Positions 19,647 through 28,293 of a stretch of 35,704 nt of DNA are shown here, piece after piece (the stretch's first letter is position 1; the number at the start of each line of letters is the position of its first letter). The stretch lies in the sequence record DRR723986_7325; one strand, 5' to 3'. Made by a program: the position numbers and the translations under genes. Under the pieces are notes generated by a model. It was not told the origin of the DNA and did no database searches. It worked only from the letters and a program-made list of their open reading frames with translations.

Positions 19647-20837
19647 TCAGGCGGAGAGTTCGATGGCCAGCGCGGTGGCTTCGCCGCCGCCGATGCAGAG
19701 CGCTGCAACGCCGCGCTGGGCTCCACGTGCTTTCAAGGCATGAATGAGCGTGACAACCAGACGGGCACCGGTCGCGCCGATCGGGTGGCCGAGCGCGCAG
19801 GCGCCTCCGTTGACGTTCAGCTTCTCGCGCGGAATGCCGATGTCATGTGCGGCAGCCATTGCGACCACCGCGAAGGCTTCGTTGATCTCCCAGAGGTCGA
19901 CGTCATCGGCAGTCCAGCCGGTGCGATCCAGAAGTTTGAGGATCGCCGGGATCGGCGCGGTCGTGTACCAGGCCGGGTCCTGCGAATGGGTCGCGTGGCC
20001 ACGCACGATTGCTAATACCGGCAGTCCGTTGGCTTGCGCGTAGCTCTTGCGGGTCAGAACCAGTGCCGCGGCACCGTCCGCGTTGGCCGAGGCACTGGCA
20101 GCTGTGATGGTGCCGTTATCAGAAAAGGCTGGGCGAAGCCTCGGGATTTTTTCCGGATCGACCCGTCCCGGAATTTCGTCGTCCTCGATAGTGACCGTGC
20201 TTTTGCGGCCTGCGACCTCAAGAGGGACGATTTCATCCCGGAAGGCACCGCCGGTCACCGCCTTTTGCGCACGGACGAGCGTTTCCTGGGCAAAGGCGTC
20301 CTGGTCGGCGCGAGTGAAACCGTATTTTTCAGCGGCCGCTTCTCCGAAAGACCCCATCGGCCGGCCGGCCTCATAGGCATCCTCCAGGCCGTCGCTCATC
20401 ATGTGGTCAAGTACCTCGCTGCTGCCGAACTTTCGACCCGCGCGCATTTGCGGCAACAGGAAGGGTGCGTTCGACATCGATTCCATGCCGCCTGCAACGA
20501 CGATGTCTGCCGATCGGGAAATCAGGAGATCGTGTGCGAGCATGATCGCCTTCATGCCGGAGCCGCAAACCTTGTTGAGTGTGGTTGCGCCCGTGTGGTC
20601 GGAAAGACCGGCTGCACGAGCCGCCTGCCGGGCCGGAGCCTGTCCCTGACCGGCAGGAAGAACGCAGCCCATCAGAACTTCACTGATCGAGTCGCGCCCA
20701 GCTCCCGCATCCTCAAGTGCTGCTCCAATCGCTGCCGCGGCGAGCTTGGGAGCTGCTACGGGGCTCAAGGCCCCCATGAAAGCACCTAGCGGTGTGCGTC
20801 TGGCGGCGCAGATAACGATCGGATCGGGTTCGCTCAT
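19647..20837 (-). CDS. Acetyl-CoA C-acyltransferase (thiolase)
   Basis: NKVCGSG (catalytic Cys), GGMESMS, EINEAFA, GHPIGATG, CIGGG. Confidence 0.96.
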   Translation of the reverse strand: MSEPDPIVICAARRTPLGAFMGALSPVAAPKLAAAAIGAALEDAGAGRDSISEVLMGCVLPAGQGQAPARQAARAAGLSDHTGATTLNKVCGSGMKAIMLAHDLLISRSADIVVAGGMESMSNAPFLLPQMRAGRKFGSSEVLDHMMSDGLEDAYEAGRPMGSFGEAAAEKYGFTRADQDAFAQETLVRAQKAVTGGAFRDEIVPLEVAGRKSTVTIEDDEIPGRVDPEKIPRLRPAFSDNGTITAASASANADGAAALVLTRKSYAQANGLPVLAIVRGHATHSQDPAWYTTAPIPAILKLLDRTGWTADDVDLWEINEAFAVVAMAAAHDIGIPREKLNVNGGACALGHPIGATGARLVVTLIHALKARGAQRGVAALCIGGGEATALAIELSA

Positions 20838-20867
20838 GGGTATCTCCTGGTTGGCGTCCTGAATTAG

Positions 20868-20931
20868 ATTATGATCATAATTTATAAAATCAAGAATAGA
20901 TTTGGATCGTAATCCGAATTACGATTCCAAC
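20868..20931. promoter_or_regulatory. Candidate TetR operators in the divergent promoter
   Basis: Perfect palindrome ATTATGATCATAAT (20868-20881) and related copies ATTTGGATCGTAAT (20900-20913) and ATTACGATTCCAAC (20918-20931). Confidence 0.6.
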
Positions 20932-20948
20932 AGCCAACGGAGGTAGAA

Positions 20949-21521
20949 ATGCGTGTCAGCAGGGAAACGGCAGCCAGAAACCGCGAGAACGTCGTGAAAA
21001 CCGCGAGCAGACAGTTTCGGGAACACGGCTACGACGGGATCGGTATCGCAGGACTGATGAAAGCTGCCGGGCTGACGCAGGGTGGCTTCTACAAGCAATT
21101 TGCCGACAAGGACGCCATCATCACCGAAGCAACACAGCAGGCGCTGGACGAAAATCTCGTCGCCTGGCAATCCGTTGTTGATGGTCACCAGGACGACCCT
21201 TTGAACGCTCTACGACGCTGGTATCTATCCCGGGAACATGTCGACAGGCGTGACGCAGGTTGCGCTTATGCCGCGTTGGCGGCCGAAGCCCCGCGTCACG
21301 GCAAGGATCTTCAGGATGCGTTTTGTGATGCCGTTGAGAAATCCATCACCCTGCTGACCGACACCCGCGCCGAAAGTGCCCAGTCCCGCTGCGAGGCAAT
21401 TCGGCTGATCACCGGCATGGTCGGGGCACTTGTCCTGTCACGGGCTGTCGGGGAGGGGGCGTTAAGCCAGGAAGTTCTCGATTGCGCGATTCTGGAACCA
21501 GCGCCTGGACGCTCGAAATAG
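20949..21521 (+). CDS. TetR/AcrR family transcriptional regulator
   Basis: MRVSRE...FREHGYDGIGIAGLMKAAGLTQGGFYKQF HTH; GGAGGT SD. Confidence 0.95.
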   Translation: MRVSRETAARNRENVVKTASRQFREHGYDGIGIAGLMKAAGLTQGGFYKQFADKDAIITEATQQALDENLVAWQSVVDGHQDDPLNALRRWYLSREHVDRRDAGCAYAALAAEAPRHGKDLQDAFCDAVEKSITLLTDTRAESAQSRCEAIRLITGMVGALVLSRAVGEGALSQEVLDCAILEPAPGRSK

Positions 21522-21656
21522 GCAATGCCCCGGCGTCTCATGCGCCTTTTCACCGTTGTGGTGCTTTGGTCCTGTTTCGCCCTCAAGGGCGGCACGGCAA
21601 TAAGGTGAAACCGGAAATCGGCATGCACGGCCGTTTTGGTGCCAATGAACCTCATG

Positions 21657-22763
21657 TCAAGCATCGGCAAAAACGGTCAATGGAGGACGGCCTGCGGCTT
21701 GAGAAATTGTCTCGTCCCATTTGGCCAGGACGGTTGCCGTGGAAAAGCGGTCCAGCGAAGGTGGGCCGGCCTCGCAAAAAGATCCGCGCAGCTCAGGGTC
21801 GGTAAGGACCCGAGTGATCGCCGTAGCAAGTGCCTCCTTGCTGCCCATCGGCACGAGCAGACCGGTGGTTCCGTCCTGCACGATTTCGCTGGGACCCCAC
21901 GGGCAGTCGACGGACACAACGGCCATCCCGCTCGACATTGCCTCGAGGACGACATTCGCAAAACCTTCGAAGCGCGAACTCAGGGCAAATACGTCGCCGG
22001 GTGATACCCATTCGCCAGGAACTTGCGTGACACCCGCAAGACGAACGGCTTCCTGCAGTCCGAGGTCGGAAATCTGCTTTTCGAGTGCGGACCGCTCCGG
22101 CCCTTCGCCATAGATCGTCAACACCGCATCAGGAACGCGCTCCACAACCTGGGCAAAGCTGGCGATGAGGATATCAAACCCTTTCTGCCGGTCGAGCCGT
22201 CCTACCGCGACCACCCTGCGACCTGCATCGGGCCGCGGCATGGCGCGGGGCAGCGGCGTGACCGGATTTGGAATAACGATGGTTTTTTTGCGAACGCGGG
22301 CGGGTTGTCTTGCACGCGCGCGCTCCGTCATGACGACGACACTGGTCGCTGCAAAGGCCGCCATCGGCCGAGACCAGCGCCAGAAGCGGCTCATTTGCTG
22401 AACATCAAAATTGTTGCGTTCGGATATGATCGTCGGCGTACCGGTACCTGCGGTCGCAAGGACCGTGATGACGTTGATCTTGGTCAGGAAGGAGACGACC
22501 ATATCCGGTCTGATCCTTGCAAAGCGCCTGCGCAGATCCTTTACCCGTTGCATGGTGACAAAATGCCGAGAATTTTTGCCGGTACGGCTTAGTCCTTCGA
22601 CCTGAATCCTGGGGTCATAGGAAAAATAAGAGGTGGAATCGGTCGCATTCAGGGCGATCACATGTACATCGTCGCCAGCGGCAAGGCGGTGGTGCGCCAG
22701 CAGGTTGACGACTTTTTCAGCACCGCCTGCTCCGAGGCCCGCAAGAACAAACACAACACGCAT
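21657..22763 (-). CDS. Glycosyltransferase family 4 (GT-B fold)
   Basis: GGAEKV, ISERN, VIPNPV, VGRLDRQKGFD, E-x7-E motif FEGFANVVLEAM. Confidence 0.94.
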   Translation of the reverse strand: MRVVFVLAGLGAGGAEKVVNLLAHHRLAAGDDVHVIALNATDSTSYFSYDPRIQVEGLSRTGKNSRHFVTMQRVKDLRRRFARIRPDMVVSFLTKINVITVLATAGTGTPTIISERNNFDVQQMSRFWRWSRPMAAFAATSVVVMTERARARQPARVRKKTIVIPNPVTPLPRAMPRPDAGRRVVAVGRLDRQKGFDILIASFAQVVERVPDAVLTIYGEGPERSALEKQISDLGLQEAVRLAGVTQVPGEWVSPGDVFALSSRFEGFANVVLEAMSSGMAVVSVDCPWGPSEIVQDGTTGLLVPMGSKEALATAITRVLTDPELRGSFCEAGPPSLDRFSTATVLAKWDETISQAAGRPPLTVFADA

Positions 22764-22909
22764 TACGGATCCTTTCTCGCTGCGGGGCTGGTGAAGCCTT
22801 TCGATGTCGGATGCCTATTAGTCTCTGATTGTGCGATGTGGCCCGGGCCTCCAGCAACCATCACTTGATGCTCGTCGACGATGACCATACGGGTAAGCTT
22901 TGGCGTCAT
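22763..22909 (-). pseudogene. 48-codon ORF, possible N-terminal remnant of a response-regulator receiver domain
   Basis: GAAGGGAAG SD-like sequence, then MTPKLTRMVIVDEHQVMVAG (beta1-DD-alpha1-like); stop overlaps the GT start (TAATG). Confidence 0.35.
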
Positions 22910-24363
22910 TGTAACGCTTCCCTTCGGATCGGCTTTTAGTGATGATTTGAAGAAAGGAAGACCGTTGGGCAGGTCCTGGTTTGCTTGACGAGGCTTCGGG
23001 TTCCAGAGGTCGCTCCATGCCTCCGCATGCACTCATGCAGGGCGGCGATACCCCGGTGAATGCCCTTGCCGAGGGTCAGTGCCGACGCAGAGCCATCAAG
23101 CCGGGCCTTATCAAGCGTGCCTTCCGCTGCAGTTTTGGTGTGTCCCCTTCCATTCGTCCACGTAATTCTGGCTTGACGTCTTGACGGGAACGTTTCAACG
23201 GATAATTGACCGATAAATTTACTATGTACCTTGCCCATGTCACCCCACCATATTCAATTGGAAACGAAATTTATCCTTGTATGAAGTATCTATATCTATA
23301 GATTTACAGGACGTATTACGCTGAAAGTGGATTTCGCGTGCCCTTGATGAGCTGTAAAAAGAATATCCACCGAGAAATACACTGTAAAAAAATATAGCGT
23401 TGCCACCAACCGTATGGTTGGCATTCTTTATCAATCAGGAAGCAACTTGTTTTGGGATCTTTTTGTGTTGCCTAAGCTTTGTTATTTTCTAAATTGAAAT
23501 AGAACCTTCCATGTTCATGTCGTTTGCTTTTAGGAATATTTCCAAAATCAAATTGCAATAGCTGCCATTCCAAACGTGGTCTTGCGCATTTTTCTACGAG
23601 CACTCTCCATGCTCGCAGATCGGACGATGCCACTTCCCTTACCGTGCTGTCAGGTTGCCCAACCCACTACCTGAAATTGCCGCACAGGAGCGAAGAAAAA
23701 AATGATAGTTGGCCATCCGCCCTATATTAACAAATAATACACCATTAACGCTACGCATGGAAAGCTTTGAATGTCGAAAGTTTTTCCGAGAGGCCTGAGA
23801 CCTTTTAATCGCAAAGTTCGTCAATGCGATTGATCTCCAGGAAGGCAATAATCTTTAGTTTGACAATGCGAAGCTTGCAGTAATTCAAGAATAATTCTTG
23901 ATGTGAATTGGGTGAAGAAAATGATTTACATCAGTTATCACAATACCTAGGTCAATTTATCGAGGCGCTAGACTTTGTCAGGCTTGTGAAACAAGACACG
24001 TACTGAATAGTCAGGTTTCAGAGTGTTCCGGAAAATGTATTCGCAACTCGTTCGTCGAATACAGACAAAGCGGGAAGGCCCTGTTTTTTATCGAAACGTC
24101 ACAGCAGCCAGCTGACACTCCGTTCGGCACGAAATTGCATCCAAGGTTTGCGTTTCAAACTGTCCGACATGCCTTCGGAGTGGACACAAGAAGAAGCTTC
24201 CGAGGTATTGCCTTTTTGAATTCTTCGGGAGGAGAAGACCTCTTGGGGGCACCCTTCAGGCGTTTCTTGCTCCAACGCATCGGATCTTGCGTAGCGTTAT
24301 GAGCGCGAAGAGTTTGTATTGGCGGGAGCCGACATGGGCGTTGACAGGGTGAGAAATTAATAT

Positions 24364-24380
24364 ATGCATAGGCTATGCAT
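24364..24380. promoter_or_regulatory. Candidate MarR autoregulatory operator overlapping the start codon
   Basis: Perfect inverted repeat ATGCATAG-G-CTATGCAT; TTGACA at 24341-24346; no SD before ATG 24375. Confidence 0.6.
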
Positions 24381-24893
24381 TTATTGGACGCCAACAAACT
24401 GGGTGCCCTCGGCACTTTGATCCGCGACCGGACAGATGCGGCGCTGGGAGCATTGTCGCCAAGCGCTGCGGCTGTTCTGTCGATGCTTCACTTCAAGCCC
24501 GGGTTGACGACGAGTGAAATCGCAACAGTCGTCGGCGTCAGTCAACCGACTGCCGTCAGGTTGATAGATGGGCTGGAACGACAGGCGTTGATCAAGCGAG
24601 GCGAGCAGGTAGGGCGTGTCACGCCGCTCAGCCTGACAATGGCCGGTCACGATGAGGCCGAAGCGTTGCAGCTTCGCCGGCTGGCCGCTTTGGATGGTTT
24701 GCTTGGCGCCTTGCCCGAGAAAGACCGGAACCGGTTCGTTTTGCTGCTGGACAGGGTTCTTGAAGAGGCAACGACATCGCGATCCTTTGCCAGAACAACT
24801 TGCCGGCTGTGCGAGCATAACCTGTGCAGCGCCGATGTTTGCCCGATTGGCTGCAAGGCAAGCGAAATCGAGAAAGCGCAGGAGCAGCTATGA
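24375..24893 (+). CDS. MarR family regulator with Cys-rich C-terminal tail
   Basis: wHTH 'TTSEIATVVGVSQPTAVRLIDGLERQALIKR', 'LSLTMAG'; tail CRLCEHNLCSADVCPIGC. Confidence 0.88.
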   Translation: MHLLDANKLGALGTLIRDRTDAALGALSPSAAAVLSMLHFKPGLTTSEIATVVGVSQPTAVRLIDGLERQALIKRGEQVGRVTPLSLTMAGHDEAEALQLRRLAALDGLLGALPEKDRNRFVLLLDRVLEEATTSRSFARTTCRLCEHNLCSADVCPIGCKASEIEKAQEQL

Positions 24894-25510
24894 GCACGTC
24901 AGAAGGAAGCACCTCACCTTTCATCGATCCGGATGCATGGGTTGCGCCCGACGCGACGGTTGCGGGCGATGTCAGGATCTGTGCGGGCAGCAGGATCATG
25001 AATGGTGCCCGGCTGGTGGCGGAAGGCGGCAGCACAATCCGTATCGGCCGAAACTGTATCGTGCTCGAAAACGCCGTGATCCGCGCAACGTCCCGTCACG
25101 ATTGCAAAATCGGAGATCATTGTCTGATCGGCCCGAACACTCATGTTGTCGGCGCGGAAATCGAGGATGAAGTCTTCATCGCAACCGGAGCTGCCGTTTT
25201 CCATGGCGCGCAGGTGGGGCACGGGTCGGAGGTTCGCGTCAACGGCACGGTTCACCTTCGCACGCGGCTGGAACCCGGATCGACCGTTCCGATTGGATGG
25301 GTCGCTGTCGGTGACCCGGCCCGGATCCTTTCGGCAGACCAGCATGAAGCCATCTGGACGATCCAGAAGCCGCTCGACTTTCCGGGGTTTGTCTATGGCG
25401 TCGACAGAAACGCTCCCGACGTGATGAAAACCATCACCCAACGGCTTTCGGAAAGCCTGGGGGAACGCCAGGTAACCGCGGCCGGTGCACCAAGTGTGCC
25501 GGGCTTTTGA
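24890..25510 (+). CDS. Gamma-carbonic-anhydrase-like left-handed beta-helix (hexapeptide repeat) protein
   Basis: Start re-set to ATG 24890 (ATGA overlap); 'PFIDPDAWVAPDATVAGDVRI' and hexapeptide repeats, 'VGDPAR'. Confidence 0.88.
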   Translation: MSTSEGSTSPFIDPDAWVAPDATVAGDVRICAGSRIMNGARLVAEGGSTIRIGRNCIVLENAVIRATSRHDCKIGDHCLIGPNTHVVGAEIEDEVFIATGAAVFHGAQVGHGSEVRVNGTVHLRTRLEPGSTVPIGWVAVGDPARILSADQHEAIWTIQKPLDFPGFVYGVDRNAPDVMKTITQRLSESLGERQVTAAGAPSVPGF

Positions 25511-25593
25511 GCCCAGGAATTACTGATGGGTAGGCCACGACCGGACCGCGCCTGAGTTAACGGCGCGAGCCCGGTGTGCCCGTTGCAATCCGC

Positions 25594-25977
25594 TTATTGA
25601 AACGTCTTCAGGTAGGCGATGACGTTCTCAATTTCCTCGTCCTTGCGCAGCCCGGCGAAGGACATCTTTGTCTTGGGGACGACTTCCTTTGGCTTGTGCA
25701 GATAGGCCGTCAGGGTTTCTTCGTCCCAGACCAGTCCGCCATCAGCCTTTTCGGTCATGCTGGCGGAATATTTATAGCCTTCGACCTGGCCTGCAGGCGC
25801 GCCGACAATCCCGTTCAGCGCCGGGCCAACCTTGTTCTTGGCGCCGTCGCCGACAGCATGGCAGGCCTGGCATTTCTTGAAGATCTTTTCGCCTGCAGCA
25901 GCGTCGCCGTCAGCCCAGGCAGGAGCCGCTGCGAAGAGACCCGCAAGCGTGACAAGGCAGGTGAGTGTCTTTCTCAT
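25594..25977 (-). CDS. cycA: Class I periplasmic cytochrome c (c2/c550)
   Basis: Signal peptide ...AWA; GDAAAGEKIFKKCQACH, KVGPALNG, TKMSFAG (axial Met). Confidence 0.93.
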   Translation of the reverse strand: MRKTLTCLVTLAGLFAAAPAWADGDAAAGEKIFKKCQACHAVGDGAKNKVGPALNGIVGAPAGQVEGYKYSASMTEKADGGLVWDEETLTAYLHKPKEVVPKTKMSFAGLRKDEEIENVIAYLKTFQ

Positions 25978-26050
25978 GATGTTTCCTTTCCTGTTGCCGG
26001 CACATTGCCGACGATACGGCCGGCGGACGGCCGCGGTGGGTTTTCATGGT

Positions 26051-26077
26051 GGCCGGGCAAACCTTGTTTGCCCGGCC
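26051..26077. other. Strong hairpin between hemA and the cytochrome c gene
   Basis: 12-bp perfect stem GGCCGGGCAAAC-CTT-GTTTGCCCGGCC, with no U-tract on either strand. Confidence 0.55.
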
Positions 26078-26167
26078 TGACCGGTCCGTCCCCAGGCCTC
26101 ATTGTCGGACGGACGAGGTCATGGTGAGGGTGCGAGGCCAGAAAGCCGGTGATCGCCTTTCACATCC

Positions 26168-26181
26168 TTGACATCCGTCAA
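26168..26181 (-). promoter_or_regulatory. FNR/NNR-type box upstream of the cytochrome c gene
   Basis: TTGAC-ATCC-GTCAA, symmetric half-sites extended by flanking C/G. Confidence 0.7.
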
Positions 26182-26193
26182 GCGAGCCTCCGG

Positions 26194-27417
26194 CTATTCG
26201 GCGGCAACGGGCTGTCTTGCCAGCTGGCATTGCGACCAAAGCGAATGAAGCGCGCAGACCAGTCGGTCGACATCCCCGGATGTGTGAACCGGCGACGGGG
26301 TAATCCGCAGCCTCTCGGTTCCCTTTGGAACGGTCGGGTAGTTGATCGGCTGGATGTAGATGCCGAATTCCTCCAGGAGCGTGTCCGACAGGAATTTGCA
26401 CTTGGCCGGATTGCCGACGATCACCGGTATGATGTGGCTGGGATTGTCGACATGTGGAATGCCGAGCGTATCGAGACGCCGCCGAACCTTGGCGACGATG
26501 GCCTTGTGGGCATCCCGTTCCACCGAACTTTCCTTCAGATGTCTGATGGACGCCGTTGCGGCCGCCGCGATAGCGGGGGGAAGGGCTGTGGTGAAGATGA
26601 AGCCGCTGGCAAAACTGCGCACGAAATCGCAAAGTTCGGCAGACGCTGCGATATATCCTCCGACAACGCCGAAGGCCTTGCCAAGGGTGCCTTCGATGAC
26701 GGTCAGGCGGTCCATTACACCTTCCTGCTCTGCGATACCGCCACCGCGCGGCCCATAAAGGCCCACGGCATGGACCTCGTCCAGGTAGGTCATGGCGCCA
26801 AATTGGTCTGCAAGATCGCAGATCTGCGAAATCGGCGCGATATCCCCATCCATGGAGTAGACGCTTTCAAAAGCGATCAGCTTCGGCTTTGTCGGGTCGG
26901 CAGCCCGCAATTTGGCTTCCAGGTCTTCGAGGTCGTTGTGTTTCCAGATCACCTTTTCGGCGCGCGAGTGGCGTATTCCCTCGATCATCGAGGCGTGGTT
27001 CAGGCTGTCGGAAAAAACGATGCAGTCGGGGATCTGCGAGGCGAGCGTACCGAGCGCCGCCCAGTTGGAGACGTAACCGGATGTAAACACCAGGGCGGCT
27101 TCCTTGCCATGCAGATCGGCGAGTTCGGCTTCCAGCAGCACGTGATCGTGTGTCGTGCCGGAAATGTTTCTGGTTCCGCCTGCCCCGGCTCCGCAGCGGT
27201 CGACCGCCTCGTGCAGGGCTGCCAGAACCTTCGGATGCTGCCCCATGCCGAGGTAATCGTTCGAGCACCAGATGGCGACATCTTTGGTGCTCTCTCCGCT
27301 GGTCCACTTCGCTTCCGGAAAATTGCCGCGTTTACGCTGAAGGTCGATGAAGACGCGGTAGTTTCCGTCATGCTTCAGGTCTGCAAGACGGCTTTTGAAA
27401 AAGGCTTGATAGTCCAT
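26194..27417 (-). CDS. hemA: 5-aminolevulinate synthase
   Basis: [50 protein letters not shown] Lys in [29 protein letters not shown]. Confidence 0.98.
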   Translation of the reverse strand: MDYQAFFKSRLADLKHDGNYRVFIDLQRKRGNFPEAKWTSGESTKDVAIWCSNDYLGMGQHPKVLAALHEAVDRCGAGAGGTRNISGTTHDHVLLEAELADLHGKEAALVFTSGYVSNWAALGTLASQIPDCIVFSDSLNHASMIEGIRHSRAEKVIWKHNDLEDLEAKLRAADPTKPKLIAFESVYSMDGDIAPISQICDLADQFGAMTYLDEVHAVGLYGPRGGGIAEQEGVMDRLTVIEGTLGKAFGVVGGYIAASAELCDFVRSFASGFIFTTALPPAIAAAATASIRHLKESSVERDAHKAIVAKVRRRLDTLGIPHVDNPSHIIPVIVGNPAKCKFLSDTLLEEFGIYIQPINYPTVPKGTERLRITPSPVHTSGDVDRLVCALHSLWSQCQLARQPVAAE

Positions 27418-27475
27418 GACGTCCCCGCTTTCTCAAGTGTCCGGTAGACGCTAGTTGCGGGCCGGGGCAGGCTGA

Positions 27476-27489
27476 ATGACAATAGTCAA
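27476..27489 (-). promoter_or_regulatory. FNR/NNR-type box upstream of hemA
   Basis: Minus strand TTGAC-TATT-GTCAT, centred 65.5 bp from the hemA ATG. Confidence 0.65.
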
Positions 27490-27588
27490 GAAAGGCAAGA
27501 ATCCGTCGATGGTCCGCGCTTGCTATTGTGCAAAGTCACCAGGTCGGGCTAGACGTTCTTCCATATCACTTGAGCAGGACCTTCATCG

Positions 27589-28293
27589 ATGCCGACCGAC
27601 CGCCAGCGGAAAATTGCCCAGAACTCCCTGCTTCTGAAAAGCTTCCCGCAGGAGATCCGAGACATGGTGCTCGGCATGTCGAGCTGGCGGACATATGACC
27701 GCGGTGAGACGTTGTTTCTGCATGGTGAGACAGCCCAGGCAATCCACATCGTCATGGACGGCTGGGTCAAGCTTTACCGGATCGCGCCCAATGGAGGCGA
27801 AGCGGTCGTGAATGTCTTTGCCAAGGGCGAAAGCTTCGGTGAAGCGGTCGCGTTCCGCGGGCTTGCCTATCCGGTTTCGGCGGAAGCGGTAACCGCCTGC
27901 GAAGTGATGCGCATACCCAGCACGGCCATCCTGGAAGCCATGCGCAAGGACCCGGACATTGCCGTGTCGGTTGTGGCATCGACCTTCATTCACCTGCATT
28001 CCCTTGTTTCGCAGCTGGAACAGTTGAAGGCGCAAACCGGACCGCAAAGGGTTGCCGAGTTCTTGCTGGAATTGTGCGAGCAGGAAAGCGGTAGCTGCGA
28101 GGTAACCCTGCCTTACGACAAGTTCTTGATCGCCGGCCGTCTCGGCATGAAGCCGGAAAGCCTGTCGCGGTCTTTTGCGCGGTTGAAATCTGCTGGGGTC
28201 CGCATCAATCGAAATCATGCGGAAATCAAGGATATCGAGCGGCTTCGGGCCTTCTCCGAAGAAGATCCGGTGGATGCCTGGACCAAGGGGTGA
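27589..28293 (+). CDS. nnr: Crp/Fnr family NO-responsive regulator (NNR/DNR type)
   Basis: No N-terminal FNR cysteines; 'YPVSAEA', 'ASTFIHL', 'LPYDKFLIAGRLGMKPESLSR' resemble Paracoccus NNR; E-x2-SR recognition helix; located at the end of norCBQDEF. Confidence 0.9.
   Translation: MPTDRQRKIAQNSLLLKSFPQEIRDMVLGMSSWRTYDRGETLFLHGETAQAIHIVMDGWVKLYRIAPNGGEAVVNVFAKGESFGEAVAFRGLAYPVSAEAVTACEVMRIPSTAILEAMRKDPDIAVSVVASTFIHLHSLVSQLEQLKAQTGPQRVAEFLLELCEQESGSCEVTLPYDKFLIAGRLGMKPESLSRSFARLKSAGVRINRNHAEIKDIERLRAFSEEDPVDAWTKG

Noticed and set aside
22936-23848. 60-100 aa ORFs in the AT-rich region
   Set aside because: No recognisable domains and mostly non-ATG starts; not supportable as genes.
25910-26047. 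45-aa minus-strand ORF with CHAC overlapping the cytochrome c start
   Set aside because: Out-of-frame overlap with a clear gene and no SD; the Cys motif is a by-product of the signal-peptide codons.
26149-27447. 432-aa plus-strand ORF
   Set aside because: Mirror of hemA on the opposite strand.
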